From Ktedonobacterales bacterium (lineage in GTDB: Bacteria > Chloroflexota > Ktedonobacteria > Ktedonobacterales > JADMIN01): DNA of 32,000 bases. Below the pieces are notes generated by a model. It made no database searches. It saw only the letters and a list, made by a program, of their open reading frames with translations, and was not told where the DNA came from. This document shows, one piece after another, positions 16,068-24,980 of this stretch. The stretch lies in the NCBI GenBank assembly GCA_030167145.1, contig CP126532.1, forward strand, positions 420,001-452,000, in the 5' to 3' direction. The translations under genes were made by a program, and so were the position numbers. Within the stretch, counting starts at the first letter, position 1. Each line of letters begins with the position of its first letter.

Positions 16068-16772
16068 GTGGAAGAGGCGAAGTCATTGGCAACGGTACGC
16101 CAGCTTGACCCCGGCACTCGCCGGTACACCCGCCATATCGTCTTCGAGCTTGCTCATATCATCCGCGAGCGCGACATCATCACCTACGAACACTGCCGCC
16201 GCGTGGCGGTCTACGCCAGCAGGCTGGCACGCGAATATGGGTGGTCGCGCCGTGCCGCCCACGATCTGGCTCTGGCCGGATTGGTCCACGACCTGGGCAA
16301 GAACTGGATGCACAACGATATTCTCTTCAAGGAATCGGCGCTTTCAAATGATGAGCGCGCGGAAATGGAGCGCCACCCCAGCATCGCGGCGAACATCCTG
16401 CATACGTATGGCGCGCCGAAGACGCTGGTTCAGGCCGTGCTGCATCACCACGAACGCTACGATGGCCTGGGCTATCCCGACCATCTGGCCGGTGAGGAGA
16501 TACCACTGGGCGCACGCCTGTTGACTGTTGCCGACGTATTCGATGCGATAACTGCTGAGCGTCCATATAAGCGGGCCATGGAGAGCATCACCGCCCGCGA
16601 CCGCATTGTGGCCGCAACCGGCACACACTTTGATCCTGCAATTGTCGCGGCCTTTGTGCGATTGCTCGACACCCATCCTAACTTCCTGATTCCGTCTAGA
16701 ATCTCGCCACTACCACCGCGCCCAGCACCCCATCCCGTCTGGATGCGCCACGACCACTTCGACGAAGAATGA
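16068..16772 (+). CDS. HD-GYP domain phosphohydrolase (putative c-di-GMP phosphodiesterase), stand-alone
   Basis: HCRRVAVYA...GLVHDLGK...HHHERYDGLGYP...ADVFDAITAERPYK. GTG start. Confidence 0.9.
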   Translation: MEEAKSLATVRQLDPGTRRYTRHIVFELAHIIRERDIITYEHCRRVAVYASRLAREYGWSRRAAHDLALAGLVHDLGKNWMHNDILFKESALSNDERAEMERHPSIAANILHTYGAPKTLVQAVLHHHERYDGLGYPDHLAGEEIPLGARLLTVADVFDAITAERPYKRAMESITARDRIVAATGTHFDPAIVAAFVRLLDTHPNFLIPSRISPLPPRPAPHPVWMRHDHFDEE

Positions 16773-16946
16773 GCGCCCTGCTCAATGTGAGCAGGTCTAG
16801 CCAACCAGCGTATACCTACCAGAGCACTGCCATACGCTGTTCGCGGTAAAATAGCAGCGGCGCGCAACGTCTCAGGTGAGAAAGGGTTGCGCATGCGTGG
16901 CACATGCGGCCTCAGAGGACGTGTATCAGGAGAGGATTGAGAAGAT

Positions 16947-17969
16947 ATGCTGATGGGAGCCGATGGCGGCTTGGCTGATGCGACAGCGGAAGCACACATT
17001 GCCTCCGGGGCTGCAGCGGTGCGTGCGGCAGCGGATGCCATCCGGGCCAATGTCAGCCAGGTGATGGTGGGCAAAGCGAGCGCGATAGATCTGCTGCTGG
17101 TCACGCTGTTGAGCGAGGGGCATGCGCTGATCGAAGATGTGCCCGGCCTTGGCAAAACCGTGATGGCTAAAGCACTCGCCCGCTCGCTCGGCGTCCCCTT
17201 CGCGCGCATCCAGGGTACCGCCGATTTGCTGCCCAGCGATGTAACCGGCGTCAGCTACTTCAGCCAGAAGGCGAGCGAGTTCGAGTTCCGCCCTGGTCCC
17301 ATCTTCGCCAGCATCGTGCTGGCCGACGAGATCAACCGCGCCACCCCACGTACTCAGTCAGCCTTGCTTGAAGCGATGCAAGAACGCCAGGCGACGGTGG
17401 ACGGGCGCACCATGCCGCTGCCGCTCCCGTTTCTGCTCGTCGCCACGCAGAATCCCATCGAACTGGAAGGCACCTTTCCCTTGCCAGAGGCCCAGCTAGA
17501 CCGCTTCCTCACACGCCTGCGCGTCGCCTATCCCACCTTCGATGACGAACGGGCAATGCTCTATCGCTTCAAAGAGGCGCAACCACTTGAGACGCTTCAG
17601 CCCGTGGTGAGTGGCGACGAGTTGCTGCAGCTGCTGCCGGTGGTGCGGGCCGTGCGGGTGGCTGAGCCGGTGAGCGACTACCTGCTGAAAATCGTGCGTG
17701 AGACGCGCGAGCATCCGGCCATCGAATTGGGCGCTAGTCCGCGCGCGGCGCTGGCACTCTTTCGGGCGGCGCAGGCGCATGCGGCAATGCGGGGGCGCAC
17801 CTTTGTCAAGCCAGATGACCTCAAGGCGCTAGCGGCGCCCGTGCTGGCGCACCGTCTGGTGGTCTCTGCGCAGACCCGCCTGCGCGGGCAGGGCGCAGAG
17901 CAGGTGATTCAGAGCATCCTCGACCGGACACCGGTGCCCGTCGAAAAGCTCGGCGACGACGATCGGTAA
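16947..17969 (+). CDS. MoxR-family AAA+ ATPase
   Basis: GHALIEDVPGLGKT (Walker A), IVLADEINRA (Walker B), ATQNPIELEGTFPLPEAQLDRF, GASPRAALAL. SD AGGAGAGGA. Confidence 0.95.
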   Translation: MLMGADGGLADATAEAHIASGAAAVRAAADAIRANVSQVMVGKASAIDLLLVTLLSEGHALIEDVPGLGKTVMAKALARSLGVPFARIQGTADLLPSDVTGVSYFSQKASEFEFRPGPIFASIVLADEINRATPRTQSALLEAMQERQATVDGRTMPLPLPFLLVATQNPIELEGTFPLPEAQLDRFLTRLRVAYPTFDDERAMLYRFKEAQPLETLQPVVSGDELLQLLPVVRAVRVAEPVSDYLLKIVRETREHPAIELGASPRAALALFRAAQAHAAMRGRTFVKPDDLKALAAPVLAHRLVVSAQTRLRGQGAEQVIQSILDRTPVPVEKLGDDDR

Positions 17970-17975
17970 ACGACG

Positions 17976-19676
17976 ATGACCAATGGCCAGGGTCAGCACG
18001 AGAATATGGCGGGAAAGTCGCCAGATACGCTTCAGTATCTGGGACGCAACCTCTACATTCTCGGCTGGAAGATCAAACGCCGCACGAATGATGTCTCGCG
18101 CGAGCCGCCTGACTTGACACTTCTGGCGCGCCGCCCGCTCTATGTGATGTCTGGAATCATCGCGCTCTCCAGTTTCTTCTTACGCCAGCCACTGCTCTTC
18201 GTCGGCGGTCTATTGGTGTTCATGATTACCTTCGTGCCGGAAATGTGGTATCGCTACTGCTTGCGCGAGTTGGTAATCGAACGCTCGCCAGTAACAAAAC
18301 GCGCGGAGTTCGGCGAGAAGTTCGAGGTGCGGTTGCTGGCGGAAAACCGGAAGCCACTCCCTTTGCCGTGGATTGAGATCGCAGATGAGTTTCCCGAAGC
18401 GCTGCCTGTGCAAGGCAAACGGCTTACGGTCTCCGCGAAATCTGAGCGCGCAATACTCAACAACACGCTTGCGCTGTGGGCGTATCAGCGCGTGCGCAGA
18501 CGCTACTCATTGCTCGCGTCAGTACGCGGCGCTCATGTATTCGGGCCAGCACGGCTGCGCATCAGCGACCCATTCGGCATTCTGACTCGCGAGGTAGATC
18601 TCGATGTGAGGGCCACCTTGCTGGTACATCCACTGGTCGCGCCACTAGAACGCTTCAATCTCAACCCCAACGCCCCGTTCGGCGAACGCAAATCACGCCA
18701 GCGGCTTCTGGAAGATCCACTACGGGTGGCGGGAATCCGCACCTATGCGCCGGGAGACGAGCCACGGCGAATCCACTGGAAAGCCACCGCGCGTACTGGC
18801 GCACTGCAGAGCAAAGTTTACGAGTCGTCCACGCGACATACGCTGGCAATCTTTCTCGATACGCGCACGTATACACATTTGCATATGGGCTATGACCCGG
18901 AGATTGCCGAACTAGCAATCAGTGCCGCGGCTTCGGTCACGCGGTGGGCATTGGATCGGGGATTTGCGGTCGGCATCTTTTCCAACGGCGCGGTCCACGC
19001 GGCAGGCATGGATGAAGACGCCAGCACGAACGCACCTGGCACACTGGCGCGCGCAATGCCAGACGCGCAAGACGATGCTCAGCGGCTCGCTATCGAAATC
19101 GCGCGCTATTCCGGCGCATTGCGGCTGCGCATCCCACCAGCCTCGCGCCCAGAGCAGATGATCCGCACGCTGGATGGATTGGCGCGGCTGCTACCATATC
19201 ATGGAACGCCGATGTTTGCTGTGCTGGAAGGCGAACGTCCGCGCCTGCCCATGGGCGCATCGGTGGTCTACATTGGCGCGGAGGCACTCGTAGACGTGCC
19301 GCTGATTGTAGCATTGCGCCGGTGCCGCTCACACGGACACAGCGTCTCCCTGCTGCTGACACAGGGATCTGAGAAGGTCCAGGATGACACAGTAGGGTCG
19401 CTGCATCTTACTGGCCTGGATACCCACATGATCGGCGGCAGAGAGATCTGGCGCGGCCTGGTTTCCGACGCGCTCGGCAGCTACACGAATCGCCGCGCGA
19501 CCGATCCGGTGCGCGCGGACACGGGTGACACATCCACGGAAACCACCAACCAGAGAGATAGTGACCCGGTATCCGCTGTTTCTGAACGCATAGATGGACA
19601 ACGTGATGACGGCAACAACGGCGCAAAATCAACCGATAGATCCTTCAAAGAGACGCGGGCGCTGGTGGTCGAATAG
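17976..19676 (+). CDS. DUF58 domain protein (MoxR-associated, vWA-like), unusually long at 566 aa
   Basis: Two N-terminal TM segments. DUF58 signature YAPGDEPRRIHWKATARTGALQSKVYE. Starts 6 nt after the MoxR stop. Confidence 0.85.
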   Translation: MTNGQGQHENMAGKSPDTLQYLGRNLYILGWKIKRRTNDVSREPPDLTLLARRPLYVMSGIIALSSFFLRQPLLFVGGLLVFMITFVPEMWYRYCLRELVIERSPVTKRAEFGEKFEVRLLAENRKPLPLPWIEIADEFPEALPVQGKRLTVSAKSERAILNNTLALWAYQRVRRRYSLLASVRGAHVFGPARLRISDPFGILTREVDLDVRATLLVHPLVAPLERFNLNPNAPFGERKSRQRLLEDPLRVAGIRTYAPGDEPRRIHWKATARTGALQSKVYESSTRHTLAIFLDTRTYTHLHMGYDPEIAELAISAAASVTRWALDRGFAVGIFSNGAVHAAGMDEDASTNAPGTLARAMPDAQDDAQRLAIEIARYSGALRLRIPPASRPEQMIRTLDGLARLLPYHGTPMFAVLEGERPRLPMGASVVYIGAEALVDVPLIVALRRCRSHGHSVSLLLTQGSEKVQDDTVGSLHLTGLDTHMIGGREIWRGLVSDALGSYTNRRATDPVRADTGDTSTETTNQRDSDPVSAVSERIDGQRDDGNNGAKSTDRSFKETRALVVE

Positions 19677-21135
19677 ACGCTCCCAGGCGATCATTCTCAT
19701 CGCCACAGCACTGTTGCTCGACCTGCTGCCAGTGGAGACGTGGCTACTGGTGGCGGGGAGCGCGACTGGCACGCGCCTGGAAGACGCGCCACTCTCTCTC
19801 GGCACATTGGTAGGACTTTTCGCGCTTTCATGGGCGGTAGGCTGGTTTCTCCGGCAGGCGACCCACAAAGCGATAGTAATAGTCGGCGGGACGTGTTTCT
19901 TCCTCTCACTGATCTTCGTGCTGTGGACCTCGCCAAGCGCCTACGGTGCCATCACAGGCAGCCGACTGGCTGCATTCGCTAGCGATTGGGGCACGGCATC
20001 GCCTCGGATACTCACTGCCCTGCTGTTAGTTCCCCTGGTGGTCTATATCTGGTGGCGTGGCTACAGTACAGGGCGCGAAACGCCGGGCACAAGCGCCGTG
20101 ATGACACGCTTCAAACTGGGGCTAGGCGCTATGCTGATCGCCATCGCCGCGACAGCCACCCTTGAGGGCGCCGAACGCGATGCCGTACTTGGCGCGCTTG
20201 CCATTCTGCTTCCCGTTCAAGTGTTCTGTGGGCTGGTGGCAAACGGCTTGGCGCGAATGGCAGAGGAGCAGACGCGGCGCGTGGCGGGGGCAACGGACAC
20301 AGCCGCAGAGCGCCCGTGGCTTGGCCTCTCGCTCACGCTGGCGGGGCTGATCGTCGGGCTGGCAATGGCGCTCAGCCTAGTGGTGAATTATCAGAGCATC
20401 GGTGCGCTCCTTGGGCACCTCGGCATCCTCGGCGCCTTTCTGAATGACGCTGCACACTGGCTGATCGAGCTGCTCGCCCAAGTACTCAACTTCCTCTTCG
20501 GCGGTCTCGTCAATGCTCTATCCGGGAAAACCACCACGCCGCCCAGGCTCCAACCGCCCACTAATCCTCACTGTATTCCGACAATACAAAATCCATGTTC
20601 AACGGTGCACGATACGTCGCAGATCAAATTGTGGCTGCACGTGGCAACAATTGTCAGCCAGGTCATTATCCTTGCAGCGTTTCTGGGCGTCCTGCTCTTT
20701 GTCTTGCGGGGGGTATTGTTCGGGCTGCGCCTGCACCGGCCAGAGTACGACGCGATGGAAGAAGATCGCGAGTCGCTCGACGGCAAGTCGCTCTTCCGGC
20801 AGCAAGTGCGCGCATTCTTCGACCAGTTCCAGCGGCGACGCCCCGCGCCCGCGATGGATCCCCTCACGCCCGGCTCGGTACGCTATCTCTACCGTGAATT
20901 GCTGCAAGCAGCGGCAGCTCAGGGGTTGAGGCGCAAACCTGCCGAAACGCCTGATGAGTACGCGGAGCGCCTGGTTACAGTGAAGCCGACCGCGACGGCA
21001 ACCACAGATGATGTGCGCGCATTGAGTGACGCCTACACCACGACGCGCTATGGCGAGCGTGAGCCGGGCGAGCCAGAGCGCAAGCGACTCCGGCAGATAA
21101 CAGATCGGCTGCGGAGGGCACTCGCGAGAGGATAG
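19594..21135 (+). CDS. Polytopic membrane protein with C-terminal DUF4129-like domain
   Basis: About 8-9 hydrophobic segments. C-terminal YRELLQAAAAQGLRRKPAETPDEYAERL...LSDAYTTTRYGEREP resembles DUF4129 (the tail of TgpA-type proteins). Start uncertain: the 19594 ATG overlaps DUF58 by 83 nt and has no clear SD. Confidence 0.7.
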   Translation: MDNVMTATTAQNQPIDPSKRRGRWWSNRRSQAIILIATALLLDLLPVETWLLVAGSATGTRLEDAPLSLGTLVGLFALSWAVGWFLRQATHKAIVIVGGTCFFLSLIFVLWTSPSAYGAITGSRLAAFASDWGTASPRILTALLLVPLVVYIWWRGYSTGRETPGTSAVMTRFKLGLGAMLIAIAATATLEGAERDAVLGALAILLPVQVFCGLVANGLARMAEEQTRRVAGATDTAAERPWLGLSLTLAGLIVGLAMALSLVVNYQSIGALLGHLGILGAFLNDAAHWLIELLAQVLNFLFGGLVNALSGKTTTPPRLQPPTNPHCIPTIQNPCSTVHDTSQIKLWLHVATIVSQVIILAAFLGVLLFVLRGVLFGLRLHRPEYDAMEEDRESLDGKSLFRQQVRAFFDQFQRRRPAPAMDPLTPGSVRYLYRELLQAAAAQGLRRKPAETPDEYAERLVTVKPTATATTDDVRALSDAYTTTRYGEREPGEPERKRLRQITDRLRRALARG

Positions 21136-21169
21136 CAAAGGTAAGGGCAGGTGCAATACTTACCCTTAG

Positions 21170-22283
21170 TTATACGCGGGCCAGGTCGCCCGCGCGGGCG
21201 GTCAGGTTCGCCTGGATGAAGTGATCCAGGTCGCCGTTCAGATAGCCCGTGGTATCCCCCGTCTCAGCGCCGGTGCGATGATCTTTAACGAGAGTGTACG
21301 GGTGTACCGTCACGGTGCGAATCTGGCTGCCGAAATCGGCGGCCACATGCGCGCCCTTCAGCCGCGCCTGCTCGCGCTCACGCTCTTCGAGTTGAAGCTC
21401 GTAGATGCGCGACTTGAGCACGCGCAGCGCCAGTTCGCGATTCTGAATCTGCGAGCGCTCGTTCTGGCATGTGACGACGATGCCAGTCGGTTTGTGACGC
21501 ATACGCACGGCGGAATCGGTCTTGTTGAGATGCTGGCCGCCCTTGCCTGTCGAACGGAAGGTATCCACCTCGATGTCTTCTGGACGGATCACGATCTCGA
21601 TTGGATCATCACCGATATCGGGCATCACCTCGACCTTGGCAAATGAGGTCTGCCGCCGATGCGCGGCATCGAACGGCGAAAGGCGAATCAGTCGGTGCGC
21701 GCCTGCTTCGCCGCGCAGATAACCATAGGCATATGGTCCCGACACGCTGAACGTGGTACTTTTGATGCCCGCTTCCTCACCGGGCATCTCATCTAGGATT
21801 TCGACCTTATAGCCGTGCGCATCGGCCCAACGCATGTAGGCGCGTTGAAGCATCTGCACCCAATCCTGCGCGTCGGTGCCGCCGTTGCCCGCATGGATCG
21901 AGACCAGCGCCGATTTCTCGTCGTGCTCGCCATTCAGCAGCAGCTTGAAACGCTGCCGCTCGACCTCAGCCTCAGCCTGCTCCTGGGCAGACGCAATCTC
22001 GGCCTCAAGGTCGGCATCGGGGGTTTCGGCAACCATTTCCGCCAACTCGGCAAGCTCGGCGAGACGCTGCTGAAGCGTTTCCCATGTGGTCACGTCATCG
22101 CGCAGTCGGCTGAGCAGTTGCATCTGGCGCTGTGCATGTACGCGGTCGGAGTAAAAATCAGGGGCCAGCGATTCCTCTTCGAGGATCGCTATCTGGTGTT
22201 TCTTGTCAGCCAGGTCAAAGATGCACCGCCATTTCATCAACACGGCGGCGCAGGGCTTCGATGCGGTTTGTCATATCACTCAT
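21170..22283 (-). CDS. prfB: Peptide chain release factor 2, requires a programmed +1 frameshift
   Basis: Frame 0: ATG 22283 MSDMTNRIEALRRRVDEMAVHL, then TGA at 22217-22215. Slippery CTT TGA C, then the +1 frame DLADKKHQIAILEEE... to 21170. SPF tripeptide (RLSPFD) and GGQ motif (GKGGQHLNK) present. The track shows only 21170..22243. Confidence 0.95.
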
Positions 22284-22289
22284 GTCCGT

Positions 22290-22319
22290 ATTTTATGCGA
22301 TGTTCCAGCCTCTCGTCAA
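22290..22319 (-). promoter_or_regulatory. Candidate promoter placing the prfB ATG at or near the transcription start (leaderless?)
   Basis: - strand TTGACG (22319-22314) - 18 nt - TAAAAT (22295-22290), then 6 nt (ACGGAC) to ATG 22283. No SD is possible in that space. Confidence 0.35.
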
Positions 22320-22410
22320 GGCACACGCAATGTGGTTAACGGAACGGCAAAGTTGTGGGAGCGAAGACGACATGCCTCCGCTCCTACAACCCATCCGCAG
22401 GGGAGCGTGG

Positions 22411-23340
22411 CTAGAGCAGACCCTGCGACTTCAGCCAGGTTTCGGCAACCTCCTTCACCGTCTTCTTATCTATCGTAACTTGCTTAATCAGCGCGGTCTG
22501 CGACGCCGTGGTCAGCTTGGCCGCGAGCGGGTTCAGCGTCGTAGCAATCGCCTGCGACTTCGACAGCGTTGAGTCGCGAATAATGGGAGCTGGATTATAC
22601 GCCGGGAAAGCGTTCTTCGTGTCTGTGAGCAGCACGAAGTTATTGGTCACAATTGCTGGATCGGTCGTGTAGCACTCATTGATGTCAACCTGGCCGCTGG
22701 TCACTGCCGCGAAGCCGAGTTGCTCGCTAAGGGCAACTGTGTTCTTGAACTTAAGCCCATAGGCGGTCGCCACCGGAGGGAATACCCCTTGCGTCGCGTC
22801 GGTGAAGTCTTGCTGTCCGCTCAACGTGAGCTGCGGCGCGACGGCGACCAGATCGTCCAAGGTCTTCAGATTATATTTCGACGCAACCGACTGAGACGTG
22901 CACAGGCCGTAGCTGTCGTTGAGGTCGTAGGCGGGATTCAGCCAGGTGATCTTGAAGTTCTGCTCGTAATACTGCTTCACCTCATTGTACGCCTGCTGAG
23001 GATCTTGCGTCGAAGTGAGCTTGTATACGCCAATACCTGTGCCCGTGAATTCCGGGTAAATGTCTACGGCTCCGCTCTTGATCGCGGAATCTAGCACTGG
23101 CGTTTGGCCGAGGGCCAGTTTGGTGGTGACGTTGTAGCCAGCCTTGGTCAACAGCAGAGAATACATTTCCGCGAGGAGTTGGCCATCAGGGTCATTCTTA
23201 CTACCGATAGTGAGCTTCATGCCATTGCCTGGGCCAGTACCGCTACCACCACCACCGCAGCCAGCGAGCGCCAGCACGGCGAGCATCGCAACGACGCCAA
23301 GCAGTTTCGCGAAATGCGGGAAACGTAGAGAGCGCGTCAT
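22411..23340 (-). CDS. Osmoprotectant (glycine betaine/choline-type) ABC transporter substrate-binding lipoprotein
   Basis: OpuAC-family look: IGSKNDPDGQLLAEMYSLLLTKAGYNV...DIYPEFTGTG. Signal peptide with lipobox LALAGC. Start at ATG 23340 (MTRSLRF...) with AGGA 5 nt upstream, not the track's 23424. Confidence 0.9.
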   Translation of the reverse strand: MTRSLRFPHFAKLLGVVAMLAVLALAGCGGGGSGTGPGNGMKLTIGSKNDPDGQLLAEMYSLLLTKAGYNVTTKLALGQTPVLDSAIKSGAVDIYPEFTGTGIGVYKLTSTQDPQQAYNEVKQYYEQNFKITWLNPAYDLNDSYGLCTSQSVASKYNLKTLDDLVAVAPQLTLSGQQDFTDATQGVFPPVATAYGLKFKNTVALSEQLGFAAVTSGQVDINECYTTDPAIVTNNFVLLTDTKNAFPAYNPAPIIRDSTLSKSQAIATTLNPLAAKLTTASQTALIKQVTIDKKTVKEVAETWLKSQGLL

Positions 23341-23514
23341 GAGAGTCCTCGACCTTTCGTCTTCTTCACACAGGCAGCCATTGCCACCCGCACAACATGA
23401 GTCATCTTGACTTCCCGAATGCAAAGATGCCTGACAACGAGCAGGCAGAGAATACGGGAAAGCATGGGCTTCACACTACTCGAAACAACACTACGGGGAC
23501 GATAGTTGCACGTA

Positions 23515-24222
23515 TCACACGTCGGCGAGTGAGCCGACAGGGGAACGGCGGGCGGATGGCGCGATGGCAGCAGGTTCGGTCGCGCGAAGGCCAGCAGGCG
23601 TGACGGCGCGCTGCAACGCCGCAAGAGCGAACTCAGCCAGCAACGCGAGCAGCGCTATGCCGACCGCGCCGACGAGTAACTGCGGGATATTGAGTAGATT
23701 AATGCCCGCGAGGATGTAGTCACCGTAGCCGCCACCACCAATGAGGCCAGCGATTGGTACCGTGGCAATAATCTGCACCGATGCGGTGCGCACACCAGCT
23801 GCGATGACGGGAAGCACCAGCGGAATCTGTACGCGGAACAGAACCTGCTGCTGAGTCATGCCCATGCCCTGGCCCGCCTCAATAGCCGAGGGGTCTACGC
23901 CGCGTAAACCTGCAATGGTATTGAGCAGGATCGGTGGGATGCCTAGCACTGTTAGCGCCACAACTGACGGCAGGAAGCCGATTTGATTGAAATAGAGGAT
24001 CATAATAAACAGCACCGCAAGAGTTGGCACTGCGCGCATCAAGCCGGTAAGGTTGGCAGAGATAAAAGCCGCGACTGGCCGGCGGGCAACCAGCACACCG
24101 AGCGATAGACCAATCAGCAATGCCAAGATGATTGGTACGATGCTAAGCTTGAGTGTATCAATGGTATGCTGCCAAAACGTGTTCGTTGGGTCACCAATGA
24201 ATTGGAGCATTTTTGCTATCAT
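23515..24222 (-). CDS. ABC transporter permease (osmoprotectant type)
   Basis: BPD_transp_1-like with EAA loop EAGQGMGMTQQQVLFRVQIPLVLP. Start at ATG 24222 or 24210 avoids overlap with the upstream permease. Confidence 0.85.
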   Translation of the reverse strand: MIAKMLQFIGDPTNTFWQHTIDTLKLSIVPIILALLIGLSLGVLVARRPVAAFISANLTGLMRAVPTLAVLFIMILYFNQIGFLPSVVALTVLGIPPILLNTIAGLRGVDPSAIEAGQGMGMTQQQVLFRVQIPLVLPVIAAGVRTASVQIIATVPIAGLIGGGGYGDYILAGINLLNIPQLLVGAVGIALLALLAEFALAALQRAVTPAGLRATEPAAIAPSARRSPVGSLADV

Positions 24223-24280
24223 AGTCCACTCGATTTCCTTTACCACTCTTATCAAACTCGCCGCCAGTTCGCGCGCTGCC

Positions 24281-24943
24281 CTATGCTTCAGAAAGTGCAT
24301 TCACACGCTGTCCCCGGCTCAGTGCGGCCTGCACACCAAGCAGAAGCAGATCGGCAGCAACGGCAAGCGCGATCACGAGAATCGTCCCCGCGGCCTCCAT
24401 GTCGGACCGCGCGAAATTGAAACCCTGATACATCAGTGTCCCCAGGTCCTCGGTACCAACCCACGGCGCGAGCGTGGCGATGCCGATGGTGGTCACAGTG
24501 ACGACGCGGATACCAGCGATGATCACGGGCATGGCCAGCGGCAGCACCACGCGCCACTGAAGCTGCCACGAGTTCATACCCATCGCTCGGCCCACTTCCA
24601 CAAGCTGCGGGTCCACCGCCCGGATTCCCGCGACGATATTGCGGATCAGCACTACCTGCGTGTAGATCACCAGCGGAATGAGCACCGTCGCCTGTGAGAA
24701 CGCGGTGAACGGAATGAGCAAGGCGAAGAGCGCCAGACTCGGAATAGTGTAGAGGATACCTGCGGTTGTAACAGTCGGCAGATACAGATGCTTGAAGCGC
24801 GCGACCAGGAAGGCCAGCGGAAACGCAATCGCCAGCCCGATCAACACGCTGACGAAAGTGATCGAGATGTGGGCTATGAGCAAATTCGGAATGCTGCCGG
24901 GATCAGTGAGATCCCAGTTGTACCCGTCGAGAATGTAGCTCAT
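24281..24943 (-). CDS. ABC transporter permease (osmoprotectant type)
   Basis: EAA loop EVGRAMGMNSWQLQWRVVLPLAMP; about 5-6 TM segments. Confidence 0.9.
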   Translation of the reverse strand: MSYILDGYNWDLTDPGSIPNLLIAHISITFVSVLIGLAIAFPLAFLVARFKHLYLPTVTTAGILYTIPSLALFALLIPFTAFSQATVLIPLVIYTQVVLIRNIVAGIRAVDPQLVEVGRAMGMNSWQLQWRVVLPLAMPVIIAGIRVVTVTTIGIATLAPWVGTEDLGTLMYQGFNFARSDMEAAGTILVIALAVAADLLLLGVQAALSRGQRVNALSEA

Positions 24944-24980
24944 CCGCGTTCCTCCTCCGCCCGCTCAATCGCGTCCCGCA

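Noticed and set aside
15302-16524. + strand ORFs 15302..15895 (197 aa) and 15682..16524 (280 aa)
   Set aside because: The first is antisense to the 192-aa HxxEH gene. The second runs out of frame through the HD-GYP gene, whose motifs (HDLGK, HHERYDGLGYP) sit in another frame.
16777-16795. Hairpin CCTGCTC-aatgt-GAGCAGG right after the HD-GYP stop, considered as a terminator
   Set aside because: The 7-bp stem is good but it is followed by TCTAGCC, with no U tract. It is mentioned only in the MoxR-module finding and not called as a feature.
16472-17209. 245-aa - strand ORF bridging HD-GYP and MoxR
   Set aside because: Antisense to two well-supported + strand genes and to the gap between them. 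Ser/Ala/Arg-rich shadow.
24053-24697. 214-aa + strand ORF
   Set aside because: Antisense to both ABC permease genes.
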